Notes: generated by a model not told the origin, from the letters alone. 64,000 nucleotides of DNA from Thermoanaerobaculia bacterium (GCA_038245905.1 JBBRRY010000002.1:160001-224000), one strand, 5' to 3'. Positions 9,620-20,818 are shown, counted from the first letter of the stretch. Program-made: numbers and translations.

Positions 9620-11221
9620 ATGAAGCGCCCCCCGACGACGCTCGTCCTCGTGCTGCATGGCCACATTCCCGACGTGCTCGGGCACGGGACGTGGCCCCAT
9701 GGAGCGAACTGGCTCTACGAGGCCGCGGCCGAGACGTACCTGCCGTTCCTCGTCGCGGTCGAGCGGCTGCTCGTGGCCGGGATTCCCGTCAAGGCCACGG
9801 TCGGGATGACGCCCGTCCTGTGCGAGCAGCTCCAGGACCCGCGCTTCGCCCCGGGCTTCGACGCTTATCTCGCGCAGCGCGCGCGGGCGGCCCGGGAGGA
9901 CGAAGAACGGCTCCTCGCCGCGGGCGACGCGAGCGCCGCCTCCCTCGCCGCCTCCTGGTCCGCATTCTACGCCGGTCACCGCGCGGATTTCGCGCGCCGT
10001 ACGGACGGCCTCATCCCGGCCTTTCGCCGCCTCGCCGAGCGAGGCGCCCTCGAAATGATCGCGTCCGCCGCGACACACGGCTTCCTGCCGCTTCTCCCGA
10101 ACGACCGCGCAATCGACCGGCAGCTCGACGCCGGGCTCGCGACGCATCGGCGGCACTTCGGCCGCGACGCGCGGGGCGTCTGGCTGCCGGAATGCGCGTA
10201 TCGGCCGGCCGGCCCGTGGACATCCCCGGCGGACGGGCACGTCGAGATCCGGTGCGGACTCGAGGACTTCCTCGCGGCCCGCGGCGTGAAGTACTTCTTC
10301 GTGGAGACGCATCTCGTCACGGGTGGCCGGCACGTGCCGGCGTACGGCGGCGAAACGGATTTGCCCGAGAGCGGCGGCACGCCGTACTGCATCCACTCCG
10401 TGCGCGCCTCACAAGGAGAGAAGGTCGGCGTCTTCGCACGCGACCCGCTCTCGTCGCAGCAGGTCTGGTCCGGCAAGGTCGGCTATCCCGGCGACGGGCG
10501 CTACCTGGAATTTCACAAGAAACGGGCTCCGAGCGGCCACCGCTACTGGCGCGTCACGGACTCGAAGGTCGATCTCGGCGACAAGCTCCCCTACGAGCGC
10601 GCGGCCGTCGCCCTTGCCCTCGCGTCGCATGCGGAGCACTTCGTGAGGCTCCTCGAGAGCGCGCCGCCCCAGCCGGGCGGCGACGCACCCGTAGTCGTCG
10701 CCATGTTCGACTTCGAGCTCTTCGGCCACTGGTGGTTCGAGGGCGTGGACTTCCTCGAAGCCGTCTTCACGCGTCTCGCCGGGAGCGACAAGCTCGTGCC
10801 GCGCACGGCCTCCGAGGCGCTCGCAGCCTCGCCCGTGCCCGACGTTCTCGACCTCTCGAGCGGCACATGGGGCCGGGGCGGCGACTTCCAGGTCTGGTGG
10901 AACGACCACACGATCACCTACTGGAGGGAAGTCGACGCCGTCGAGCGCGCGCTCGAGATGTTCGAGGAGCGCCGCGCGTCGATCCCGCCCCCGCTCTTCG
11001 CGGCGCTCGAGCAGCAGGCGCTGCTTCTCCAGTCGTCCGACTGGCCGTTCCTCATCGACAACGAGGTCTCGAAGGACTACGCCGAGACCCGGATCAAGGA
11101 GCACGTGCGCGACTTCTGGCACCTCGCGCGCATGGCCGAGTCAGGGCTCGTGGACGATGCCGCTTTCGCGGCGATCGCCGACCGCGACCGCCTCTTCGAA
11201 GCCGAGCTCGCGCCCCGCTGA
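9620..11221 (+). CDS. GH57 1,4-alpha-glucan branching enzyme (DUF1957)
   Basis: LHGHIP, ETYLP, GVWLPEC, FDFELFGHWWFEG and QSSDWPF motifs. Confidence 0.88.
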   Translation: MKRPPTTLVLVLHGHIPDVLGHGTWPHGANWLYEAAAETYLPFLVAVERLLVAGIPVKATVGMTPVLCEQLQDPRFAPGFDAYLAQRARAAREDEERLLAAGDASAASLAASWSAFYAGHRADFARRTDGLIPAFRRLAERGALEMIASAATHGFLPLLPNDRAIDRQLDAGLATHRRHFGRDARGVWLPECAYRPAGPWTSPADGHVEIRCGLEDFLAARGVKYFFVETHLVTGGRHVPAYGGETDLPESGGTPYCIHSVRASQGEKVGVFARDPLSSQQVWSGKVGYPGDGRYLEFHKKRAPSGHRYWRVTDSKVDLGDKLPYERAAVALALASHAEHFVRLLESAPPQPGGDAPVVVAMFDFELFGHWWFEGVDFLEAVFTRLAGSDKLVPRTASEALAASPVPDVLDLSSGTWGRGGDFQVWWNDHTITYWREVDAVERALEMFEERRASIPPPLFAALEQQALLLQSSDWPFLIDNEVSKDYAETRIKEHVRDFWHLARMAESGLVDDAAFAAIADRDRLFEAELAPR

Positions 11222-11228
11222 GCCGGAA

Positions 11229-11318
11229 TGGCGGTGAGGGTGGGATTCGAACCCACGTTACCCTTTCAGGTAAAACGGTTTTCGAGACCGTCCTGATCAA
11301 CCACTCCAGCACCTCACC
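11229..11318 (-). tRNA. tRNA-Ser(CGA)
   Basis: GGTGAGG...ACGGT-CTCGAAA-ACCGT, long variable arm, GTTCGAATC, encoded CCA. Confidence 0.95.
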
Positions 11319-11351
11319 GCAGTCGACAGGAGCGGCGAATTATAGGGGCAA

Positions 11352-11813
11352 CTACTTCAGAAAGCTCGCGGTCACCTTCATCTTCACGGCGTTCGGCCAG
11401 TCCACGGTCTTGATCTTCATCGGAAAGCTGAGCGTGTCGCTCGTCTGACCCTTGTCCATCGTGCCCGTCCTTCCGGCGTCGGCGACGACGTTTCCCGAGG
11501 CATCGAGCAGCACGGCGCGGAGGCGCACGCGGTGGTCGACCCAGTCGGAGTTCGCGTAGCGGAATCGCACGAGCAGGAACGTGAGGTCCTTGGGATCGTG
11601 GTCTTTCGCGGCCGCCACGACCTTCTCGTCCGGGTCGTTCTGCGTCTCCACGTCCACGAGAACGCACTTCTCCCAGTGGAGATCCAGCGGAATGCGGGTC
11701 GTGCGCGGGACGTCGACCTCCTTTTCGAGGAGCGGTCCTCCGGCGGCGAGCGCAATCGGCGCGGCAAGGCAGGCAGAAACGGCCAAGACCGCTGAACGAA
11801 GCAGTTTCTTCAT
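11352..11813 (-). CDS. Secreted hypothetical protein (beta-rich)
   Basis: Signal peptide MKKLLRSAVLAVSACLAAPIALA; AAAGAGG ribosome-binding site; typical codon bias. Confidence 0.7.
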   Translation of the reverse strand: MKKLLRSAVLAVSACLAAPIALAAGGPLLEKEVDVPRTTRIPLDLHWEKCVLVDVETQNDPDEKVVAAAKDHDPKDLTFLLVRFRYANSDWVDHRVRLRAVLLDASGNVVADAGRTGTMDKGQTSDTLSFPMKIKTVDWPNAVKMKVTASFLK

Positions 11814-11899
11814 CAGATGGACCTCTTTCCGGCGCCATGGACGGGCACCACACCGGGGAGTGCGAAATGCGTGCCGGATCTTTTCTGCCGATGCGGAGA

Positions 11900-11989
11900 T
11901 GGCGGACAGGGTGGGATTCGAACCCACGGTAACCTTTCAGCTACACACGGCTTCCAACCGTGCTCCTTAAACCACTCGGACACCTGTCC
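11900..11989 (-). tRNA. tRNA-Ser(GGA)
   Basis: GGACAGG...CACGG-TTGGAAG-CCGTG, long variable arm, CCA end. Confidence 0.95.
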
Positions 11990-12019
11990 GCGAGCGACAG
12001 AACGGGGAGGATAGAAGGG

Positions 12020-12039
12020 ATTTCTTCGAATGGGAAGAG
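12020..12039 (+). repeat. Dispersed AT-rich motif copy 2 (ATTTCTTCGAATGGGAAGAG), intergenic
   Basis: One mismatch to the consensus outside the variable position; lies in the tRNA-Ser promoter region. Confidence 0.65.
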
Positions 12040-12040
12040 G

Positions 12041-13259
<1,219 letters not shown>

Positions 13260-13363
13260 TTAAGGCATGGGCCTAGGGGTGATCCGGAGTCCCAGTCTCA
13301 AACGGATAAGATATCAGAAAACGTGCCGCTCGAGTTGTCGCCGGATTTTGAGGAGGACGCCCG

Positions 13364-14719
13364 ATGCAAGGACTTCCGGTTTTCGACGACCTGCCCGGCC
13401 GGCATGCGAAGCTGACGGCGGCTTTCGAAAAGCTCGACCCGAAGCTCCGCGTTCCGACGCAGGCCATCGGACGCCGGTACACGATCGGATGCGTCGCCGT
13501 CGAGATCACACAGCGGTGCAACCTCGACTGCACGCTCTGCTATCTCTCCGAGTCGTCCGAGAAGGTCAAGGACATCCCGATCGCTCTCGTCATGGAGAGG
13601 CTCCACCGGGTTCGCGACCAGTACGGCGACGGCGTGAGCGTCCAGATCACGGGAGGCGACCCCACTCTCCGCAAGCGCGACGAGCTCGTCGCGATCGTCC
13701 GCGAGGCGGCCCGCCTCGGCCTCGAGCCCTCGCTCATGACGAACGGCATCAAGCTCACGCGCGACCTCGCCCGGGAGCTGAAGGAAGCCGGCCTCACGGA
13801 CGTCGCGATCCACGTCGACCTCACGCAGGAGCGGAAGGGCTACGCCACAGAGGAGAGTCTCGACGCGGTCCGCCAGGAGTATGTCGAGCGCATGCGGGGC
13901 CTTGGCCTCCACGTCATCTTCAACACGACCGTCTACGACGGGAACTTCGCCGAGATCCCGGCCCTCATCCGCTTCTTCTCGAAGAACGCCGACGTCGTGG
14001 GCCTCGCCTCGTTCCAGATCCAGGCGGCGACGGGCCGCGGCGTCATCACCGAGAAGACGAGCGCGATCACGCTGCCGAGCGTGCGCAAGCGCATCGAGGA
14101 GGCCTGCGGCGGCACCGCGCTCGGATGGGACAACATCCGCGTCGGCCACCCGGATTGCAACTCGGTTTCCTACGTCCTCCTTGCGAAAGACCGCTTCATC
14201 GACCTGAACGCCGATCCCGAGCTCTTCGCCGCGATCATCCGCGAGACGACGGACATCCGGTACTCCCGCATCAACGCGTTCCGGACGTCTGCCCGCGTCT
14301 TCGCGTGGGCGCTCACGCGCCCCGCGTTCGTCTTCCTGATCCTGAGGCGGCTCCTGGCCTTCACGGCCCGGAACGCGAAGGCGCTCTGGACGGGCCGCGC
14401 GGAGATCCGGAAGCTGACGCTCATCATCCACAACTTCATGGACGCCGCGGAGCTCGACCCCGAGCGCATTGCGGCCTGCAGCTTCATGGTGGCGACGGAC
14501 AGGGGCTTCGTCTCGATGTGCGCGCACAACGCGGCGCGCGAAGCCTTCATCCGCAAGCCTCTCGAGGTCGCGACCGCCGAAGGTATGAAGGTGTGGGACC
14601 CCCTGACGGGGCTGACCCTCCCGGCGGCCGCGCGCGCCGAGCCCGCGCCGCGCATCCTCCCCTCCGTGCTCTCGGAGATCCCCGGCACGTCACTTCCTGT
14701 TTTTGCCGGCGGGAAGTAA
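13364..14719 (+). CDS. Radical SAM protein (MJ0619/Tes-related C-terminus)
   Basis: CNLDCTLC, QITGGDPT, MTNG; C-terminal NFMD...CSFMVAT...SMCAHN; GAGGAGG ribosome-binding site. Confidence 0.85.
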   Translation: MQGLPVFDDLPGRHAKLTAAFEKLDPKLRVPTQAIGRRYTIGCVAVEITQRCNLDCTLCYLSESSEKVKDIPIALVMERLHRVRDQYGDGVSVQITGGDPTLRKRDELVAIVREAARLGLEPSLMTNGIKLTRDLARELKEAGLTDVAIHVDLTQERKGYATEESLDAVRQEYVERMRGLGLHVIFNTTVYDGNFAEIPALIRFFSKNADVVGLASFQIQAATGRGVITEKTSAITLPSVRKRIEEACGGTALGWDNIRVGHPDCNSVSYVLLAKDRFIDLNADPELFAAIIRETTDIRYSRINAFRTSARVFAWALTRPAFVFLILRRLLAFTARNAKALWTGRAEIRKLTLIIHNFMDAAELDPERIAACSFMVATDRGFVSMCAHNAAREAFIRKPLEVATAEGMKVWDPLTGLTLPAAARAEPAPRILPSVLSEIPGTSLPVFAGGK

Positions 14720-14738
14720 CCTGGCTGGCAGCGCTCCT

Positions 14739-15197
14739 TCAGCCTTTTCGAATGCGGTCCCAGGCGTCCTTCACGCCGTCCCGGTAAATGCGCCAATCGT
14801 CGCCGACCGCTTCCCGCTCCTTCCGCCACTCGGCGGCGAGCTCGTTCTCGAGGTCCCCGAAGGAGCGGTGGGCATTTTCCGGCCGTCGCGCGCTCTCCCA
14901 GCCGAAGCGGTAAGCGGGCCCCCAGTGCTCGAAGGTCGTTCCTGGCTGGTAATACGGGCGGAGCCGATACTGGTCCTGCCAGAATCGCTCCTCCTCCGTG
15001 GCATCGAATTCCGAGGCGAAAGTGTTTCCCGCGATGGCGCCGGCGGCCGCACCGACGGCTCCGCCGATCACCGCTCCGAGCGGACCGCCCATCGCAGCAC
15101 CGGCAACGGCCCCCGCGGCGCCCGCGCCCAGCCCACCGATTGCCGTCGCGACCGGATGGTTAGGCGGAACGACGGTTCTCTTTTCACTTTCTTTCAT
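14739..15197 (-). CDS. Glycine-zipper hypothetical protein
   Basis: GLGAGAAGAVAGAAMGGPLGAVIGGAVG, then a W-rich domain (PAYRFGW, AWDR); GGAGG ribosome-binding site. Confidence 0.75.
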   Translation of the reverse strand: MKESEKRTVVPPNHPVATAIGGLGAGAAGAVAGAAMGGPLGAVIGGAVGAAAGAIAGNTFASEFDATEEERFWQDQYRLRPYYQPGTTFEHWGPAYRFGWESARRPENAHRSFGDLENELAAEWRKEREAVGDDWRIYRDGVKDAWDRIRKG

Positions 15198-15219
15198 TGG
15201 AGCCTCCGACGAAAAGTGC

Positions 15220-15234
15220 GCAAGGCCTGTGCCA
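15220..15234 (-). promoter_or_regulatory. Sigma-54 (-24/-12) promoter
   Basis: Minus-strand TGGCACAGGCCTTGC with exact GG-N10-GC spacing, 22 bp upstream of the ATG at 15197. Confidence 0.75.
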
Positions 15235-15314
15235 CTTCGAGCCGCAGGCAGCGCGGCACGCAATGTGCCCACACTCCGGCCGGCGCACATAATGCCGAGA
15301 GGAAGACGAAGACC

Positions 15315-16235
15315 ATGCGCCCAACGCCGACCGCCGCGATCTGTTTTTCTCTCTTCCTCGCCGCTGCCTCAGGTACCGCCCAGAAGCCCGAGTGCTCGAT
15401 CCGCCCCGCTCGGGGCACGGGACAGGCCGAGTTCCGCGGCCTCGCGAGAATCAGCTCGAAGGACGCCGAGGCCCGGGCCGTCGCCTCCGTCGCGCCGAAC
15501 AAGGTGAATTCCGTCATGTCCTCGGAAGTCGAGGTCGTGAACGGCTGCCTCGCCTACCCGTTCGACCTCCGCTTCGCGAACAAGGACGGCGTTCAAGAGG
15601 TCATGGTCGATGCGGGTGACGGGAAGATCCTGTCGTCCGAGTACGAGCCGCCGGCCGGCGGAGCGGCGGCACAAACGGCGCCGTCGACTCCCGCTCCGGG
15701 CGTGCCGGCGATTCCGGAAGGGACGCCGCCCGCGGCCCTTCCCCCCGGCGTCGTCCCCGTGACGGATGCCATCGCCGCCGCGGAGGAGGCGTCGATCCGG
15801 AAGGTGATCGACGCCGAGGAGGACGCGTGGAACCGCGGCGACGCGAAGGCGTTCGCGGCCCGCTTCCAGGAAGAGGGAACGTTCACGGACGTTTTCGGCG
15901 CGGTCTCGCACAGCCGCGCCGAGCTGGAGAAACGCCAGATCGAGTTCTTCGCGTCTCTCTTCAAGGGCAGCCGGTTGGCCCTCAAGGTGCGAAGAGTCCG
16001 CTTCCTCCGTCCGGACGTCGCGATCGTGGAGATCGACACGGAAGTGTCCGGCTTCAAGAAACTTCCTCCGGTCGTGTACGTGGATGCGGAAAGGGTGCTC
16101 CGGACGCGGCTTCAACAGGTGATGGCGAAGGCGGGGACCGGCTGGATGGTCGCGGCGTTCCACAACGTGGACGTCAAGACTCCGCCCGAGACGCTCGTCG
16201 ACCCGGAAGACCCCGCGCGCGTCCGCCGCCGTTAG
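15315..16235 (+). CDS. Secreted PepSY-like plus SnoaL/SgcJ (NTF2-fold) domain protein
   Basis: Signal peptide; EVMVDAGDGKILS (PepSY-like); Pro/Ala linker; AWNRGDAKAFAARF...VRFLRPDVAIV...WMVAAFHN. Confidence 0.75.
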   Translation: MRPTPTAAICFSLFLAAASGTAQKPECSIRPARGTGQAEFRGLARISSKDAEARAVASVAPNKVNSVMSSEVEVVNGCLAYPFDLRFANKDGVQEVMVDAGDGKILSSEYEPPAGGAAAQTAPSTPAPGVPAIPEGTPPAALPPGVVPVTDAIAAAEEASIRKVIDAEEDAWNRGDAKAFAARFQEEGTFTDVFGAVSHSRAELEKRQIEFFASLFKGSRLALKVRRVRFLRPDVAIVEIDTEVSGFKKLPPVVYVDAERVLRTRLQQVMAKAGTGWMVAAFHNVDVKTPPETLVDPEDPARVRRR

Positions 16236-16311
16236 AGTCTGGCCCCCTCGTCACCTCTTCAAGGTTGTGAGTGGTGCGCCCAGTACAGAGGAAAGGATCG
16301 GTCACGTATTC

Positions 16312-16712
16312 ATGATTCTGGTCAAGGCCAACAAGGAAAGCGAAGCGGGGGTCATGCCCGGGAAGGAACTCCTCGCCGCGATGGGGAACTTCAACGAGGA
16401 GCTCGTCAGAGCGGGCGTGCTGCTCGCGGCCGACGGCCTCCAACGGAGCGCGAGGGGCGCGCGCGTCAGGTTCTCGGGCAGCAAGCGAACCGTCGTCGAC
16501 GGCCCCTTCACCGAAACCAAGGAGCTCGTCGGGTGAAGCGCTGCCCAAACCCCCACGAAGGCGATTCCGAGATCGAAATCCGGCCGATTTTCGACGCATC
16601 CGATTTTGACCCGGAGTACGTGGCGGGGCTCATCGAGCGCAGGGAGCGCCTCGCCGCTGAGCTCGCGGCTGCCGGGCGCCCGGTACCGGAGCATCTCAAG
16701 AAGAAGAGCTGA
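16312..16712 (+). pseudogene. YciI/DGPF-family protein, internal deletion plus frameshift
   Basis: ...VVDGPFTETKELVG then stop; another frame resumes VKRCPNPHEGDSEIEIRPIF...KKKS*. The usual GFW...EAIEW block is missing. Confidence 0.75.
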
Positions 16713-16859
16713 CCCTCGACTGGCTCCATCTCGCCGGGACGCTCGTTTCGGAATCGTGCACGCCCGCTCATGCGGGCTGACGCCCCTCGTATAGAGTCCC
16801 TGAATCGTGCCGGACTCCGCTCCGCAGCATTCCGACGCGCCAGGGCTCTGGAGGCTCGT

Positions 16860-19727
16860 TTGACCTCGGAAGAGGCCTACAGACGGCCGGTCGAGGGTGT
16901 GTTGTCCGCCCTCGGGGCCAACCCGCGGGACGGATTGAGCGACGCGGAGGCGCGCGCGCGGCTCGAACGCGACGGCCCGAACGAGCTTCGAGCGAAACGG
17001 GCCGTACCCGTGTGGCGACGGTTTCTCGCTCAGTTCCAGAACGTGCTCGTCATTTTGCTGCTCGTGGCGACCGCGATCTCGGCCGCACTGTGGTTCTACG
17101 AGCGCGACTCCGCCCTGCCTTACGAAGCGCTGACGATCCTGGCCGTGGTGCTGCTCAACGCGGCTCTCGGCACCATCCAGGAGTCGCGCGCCGAGTCCGC
17201 GGTGGCGGCGCTCCGGCAGATGGCCGCCGCGCACGCGCACGTGATTCGCGGGGGCGAGCGGCGTAGCGTCCCGGCGGCCGAGGTCGTGCCCGGCGACATC
17301 GTGATCGTCGAGGAAGGCGACACGATTCCGGCCGACGGGCGGCTCATCCGTGAAACCGCCCTGCAGACCGCAGAGAGCGCTCTCACCGGCGAGAGCCTGC
17401 CGGTCACGAAAGGCGTGTCGCCGATCCTCGAAGATGTCGGGCTGGGCGACCGTCACAACATGCTCTTCAGCGGCACGGCGGTCACGTACGGGCGCGGAAG
17501 GGCGGTCGTAGTCGCGACCGGCATGCAGACCGAGATGGGGCGCATCGCCGGACTGCTCGAGGAAACCCCCGAGGTGCTCACGCCGCTCCAGAAGGACCTC
17601 GACCGCGTCGGAAAGCTCCTCGGCGCGATCGTCGTCGTCATCGCCGTCGTGATGATCGGGACGATCATCCTCGTCGAGCACGTGCGCGGCTTCGCCGCCC
17701 TCTTCGACGTTCTCATCCTGGGCGTCGCCCTTGCGGTCGCGGCCGTTCCGGAGGGCTTGCCGGCGGTCGTCACGGCGGTCCTCTCTCTGGGCGTGCAGCG
17801 CGCCGCGAAGAAGAACGCGATCGTGCGTCATCTCTCCGCGGTCGAGACCCTGGGCTCCGCGAACGTCATCGCATCGGACAAGACGGGCACTCTGACGAAG
17901 AACGAGATGACGGTGCGCGTCGTCGTCACGGCGAGCGGTCGTGTGCGTTTCGGCGGTACGGGCTACTCGCCTGAAGGAGAGATCCTGCGGGACGGCGGCG
18001 GCACGATCGACGGCGCGTTCCGCGTCGAGCTCGAGCGCACCCTAGCGGCCGCCAACCGCGTCAACAACGCCGTCCTGGAGGAGCGCGAGGGGCGCTTTTC
18101 GGTGCAGGGCGATCCGACCGAGGGAGCGTTGATCGTCGCCGCGCGGAAGGCCGGCCTCGAGGAGGAAACCCTCGCCGCTCGGTTCGCGCGCGTTGCGGAG
18201 GTGCCGTTCTCCTCCGAGCGAAAGCTGATGAGCACGATTCACAGCGACGCAGAACGAGGGGAAAGGCTGCTCGCCTTCACGAAGGGCGCGCCCGACGTGC
18301 TGCTCGCGCGATGCACGGGAGAGCTCGTCGGAGAGAAGATCACGCCCCTCACGGAAAAGCGGCGCGCCGAGGTGGCTGGCACCAACGAAAGGCTCGCCGG
18401 CGAGGCCCTGCGCACGCTCGGGGTCGCGTTCCGGTCCTGGCCGAAGGACGCGCTCCAGGTCGAGGACGTCGACGAAGGCGTCGAGGAGGACCTCGTGTTC
18501 CTCGGGCTGATCGGCATGATCGACCCGCCGCGGGACGAGGCGAAGGATGCGGTCGCCCGGGCCCGCGCCGCCGGCATCCGGCCGATCATGATCACCGGCG
18601 ATCATCCCGGCACGGCCGTGGTCATCGCGCAGGAGCTCAGGCTCGTCGAGAACGCCCGGGCGACGACGGGCGCGGAGATCGCGAAGATGACCGACGAGGC
18701 GCTCGACCGCACGGTTCGGGAAGTCTCGGTCTACGCGCGCGTGAATCCCGAGCACAAGCTCCGGATCGTCAAGTCGCTGCAGCGGGGAGGCGCGGTCGTC
18801 GCGATGACGGGCGACGGCGTCAACGACGCGCCCGCCCTCAAGGCCGCGGACATCGGAATCGCGATGGGCATCATGGGAACGGACGTCGCCAAGGAGGCCG
18901 CCGACATGATCCTCGCGGACGACAACTTCGCGACGATCGTCGGGGCCGTCGAAGAGGGACGCACGATCTACTCCAACATCCGGAAGTTCCTCCGCTACCT
19001 CCTCTCGTCGAACCTGGGCGAGGTGATGACGATGTTCTTGGGAGTCGTCTTCGCCCGCACGATTGGCCTGAAGGCGGCGGAAGGCAGCGTCGTGTTGCCG
19101 CTCCTCGCGACGCAGCTTCTCTGGATCAACCTTGTCACGGACGGCGCGCCGGCGCTCGCGCTCGGGGTCGATCCCGCCGACCCGGAACTCATGCGCCTTC
19201 CGCCACGCCCGCTGAGCGAGCGCGTGATCACACGCGCCATGTGGGGAGGGATCTTTCTGGTCGGCGCGGTCATCGCCGCCGGGACGCTGCTCGTGCTGGA
19301 CGCCAGCCTCCCCGGCGGCCTGATCGAGGGGAGCGGCAGCATGCGTTACGCGCAGACGATGGCGTTCACGACGCTGACTTTCTTTTCCCTCTTCACGATC
19401 TTCAATGCGCGTTCCGACGAGCGCAGCGCCTTCACCGGCATGTTCGAGAACGGATGGCTCTGGGCGGCGATCGCACTGTCGGTACTGCTTCAGATCGCCG
19501 TCGTCCACGTGCCCGTCCTGCAGCGGGCGTTTTCGACCGTCAGCCTGAGCCTCCCCGACTGGCTGCGCTGTGCCGCAGTCGCGAGCTCCGTGCTCTGGCT
19601 GCGGGAGCTGACCAAGATCTTGTCCCGCTGGCGTTCGCGGCGCGATTCCTCCTCGCGCGCACTTCCGAACATTGCGACCTCGAGACGAGCTGGTGCCCCC
19701 GGAGGACGAGTTTTGCGGAATAATTGA
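16860..19727 (+). CDS. P-type cation-transporting ATPase (P2A, Ca2+-type)
   Basis: LTGES, VPEGL, DKTGTLT, KGAPD, DPPR, TGDGVND and LWINLVTDG motifs; TTG start after GGAGG. Confidence 0.93.
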   Translation: MTSEEAYRRPVEGVLSALGANPRDGLSDAEARARLERDGPNELRAKRAVPVWRRFLAQFQNVLVILLLVATAISAALWFYERDSALPYEALTILAVVLLNAALGTIQESRAESAVAALRQMAAAHAHVIRGGERRSVPAAEVVPGDIVIVEEGDTIPADGRLIRETALQTAESALTGESLPVTKGVSPILEDVGLGDRHNMLFSGTAVTYGRGRAVVVATGMQTEMGRIAGLLEETPEVLTPLQKDLDRVGKLLGAIVVVIAVVMIGTIILVEHVRGFAALFDVLILGVALAVAAVPEGLPAVVTAVLSLGVQRAAKKNAIVRHLSAVETLGSANVIASDKTGTLTKNEMTVRVVVTASGRVRFGGTGYSPEGEILRDGGGTIDGAFRVELERTLAAANRVNNAVLEEREGRFSVQGDPTEGALIVAARKAGLEEETLAARFARVAEVPFSSERKLMSTIHSDAERGERLLAFTKGAPDVLLARCTGELVGEKITPLTEKRRAEVAGTNERLAGEALRTLGVAFRSWPKDALQVEDVDEGVEEDLVFLGLIGMIDPPRDEAKDAVARARAAGIRPIMITGDHPGTAVVIAQELRLVENARATTGAEIAKMTDEALDRTVREVSVYARVNPEHKLRIVKSLQRGGAVVAMTGDGVNDAPALKAADIGIAMGIMGTDVAKEAADMILADDNFATIVGAVEEGRTIYSNIRKFLRYLLSSNLGEVMTMFLGVVFARTIGLKAAEGSVVLPLLATQLLWINLVTDGAPALALGVDPADPELMRLPPRPLSERVITRAMWGGIFLVGAVIAAGTLLVLDASLPGGLIEGSGSMRYAQTMAFTTLTFFSLFTIFNARSDERSAFTGMFENGWLWAAIALSVLLQIAVVHVPVLQRAFSTVSLSLPDWLRCAAVASSVLWLRELTKILSRWRSRRDSSSRALPNIATSRRAGAPGGRVLRNN

Positions 19728-19783
19728 CGTGACTCGCGCATGGCGTTGGGGATTGCCTTAGGGCTCCCCAGGAGGAGGCCAAG

Positions 19784-20818
19784 ATGAAAGCACTCGTGTA
19801 CGGCGGCCCGGGCAAGATCGAACTCACGGAGGTCCCCAAGCCGAACGTGGAGAAGGCCACAGATGCGGTCGTCAAGATCGTGAAAACGACGATCTGCGGA
19901 ACGGACCTCGGCATCCTGCACGGCAAGACGCCGACCTGCAAGCCGGGGACCACCCTCGGCCACGAGGGCGTGGGGGTCGTCGAGGAAGTGGGGCAAGGTG
20001 TCCGTACGTTCAAGAAGGGGGATCGGGTCATTATTTCCTGCATCACCTCGGACGGCTCCTGCGAGTACTGCAAGAAGCAGCTCTACTCGCACTGCGAGGA
20101 TGGTGGCTGGATCCTCGGCCACTTGATCCACGGGACCCAGGCCGAGTACGTGCGCATTCCGCATGCGGACAACAGCCTCTACAAAATCCCCTCCGGGACG
20201 GATGAGGAATCGCTCGTCATGCTCAGCGACATCCTGCCGACAGGGCACGAGATCGGCGTGCAGAATGGCCGCGTGAAGCCGGGCGACACGATCGCCATCG
20301 TGGGGGCCGGGCCCATCGGCATGTCGGCCCTGCTGACCGCCCAGTTCTACTCTCCGGCGAAGATCTACATGATCGATCTGGACGACAACCGGCTCAAGGC
20401 CGCCAAGAGCTTCGGTGCCACGGAGGTCATCAATTCAGGCAAGGAGGATGCGGTCAAGAAGATCATGGCGGGGACGAAAGACGGCGTGGACGTGGCCATC
20501 GAAGCGGTGGGGATGCCGGCTACCTTCGATATCTGCCAGGCCATCGTCCGCCCCGGCGGCCGCGTCGCGAACGTGGGCGTGCATGGCAAGCCCGTGAACC
20601 TCCAGATCCAGGACCTCTGGATCCGCAACATCACGCTGACCACCGGCCTGGTCAATACGAATACGACCCCCATGCTGCTCAAGACCGTCATCTCCGGCAG
20701 GCTCGACCCGAGCAAGCTGGTGACCCACCACTTCAAGCTGGCAGACATCCTCCACGCCTATGACGTGTTCGGCAACGCGGCGAAGGAGAATGCCATGAAG
20801 GTCATCGTCGAGGTGTGA
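19784..20818 (+). CDS. Zinc-dependent alcohol dehydrogenase (MDR family)
   Basis: TTICGTD, GHEGVG, LSDILPTG and GAGPIG motifs; AGGAGG ribosome-binding site. Confidence 0.92.
   Translation: MKALVYGGPGKIELTEVPKPNVEKATDAVVKIVKTTICGTDLGILHGKTPTCKPGTTLGHEGVGVVEEVGQGVRTFKKGDRVIISCITSDGSCEYCKKQLYSHCEDGGWILGHLIHGTQAEYVRIPHADNSLYKIPSGTDEESLVMLSDILPTGHEIGVQNGRVKPGDTIAIVGAGPIGMSALLTAQFYSPAKIYMIDLDDNRLKAAKSFGATEVINSGKEDAVKKIMAGTKDGVDVAIEAVGMPATFDICQAIVRPGGRVANVGVHGKPVNLQIQDLWIRNITLTTGLVNTNTTPMLLKTVISGRLDPSKLVTHHFKLADILHAYDVFGNAAKENAMKVIVEV

Noticed and set aside
11229-11989. Gene flanked by similar tRNA-Ser 3' ends as an integrated islet
   Set aside because: Both are complete tRNAs with different anticodons; the similarity is paralogy.
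16713-16859. Riboswitch (yybP-ykoY or M-box) upstream of the P-type ATPase
   Set aside because: No recognisable conserved core by eye; an Infernal search would be needed.
19741-19756. Sigma-54-like TGGCGTTGGGGATTGC before the ADH gene
   Set aside because: GG-to-GC spacing is 11 nt, not the required 10.
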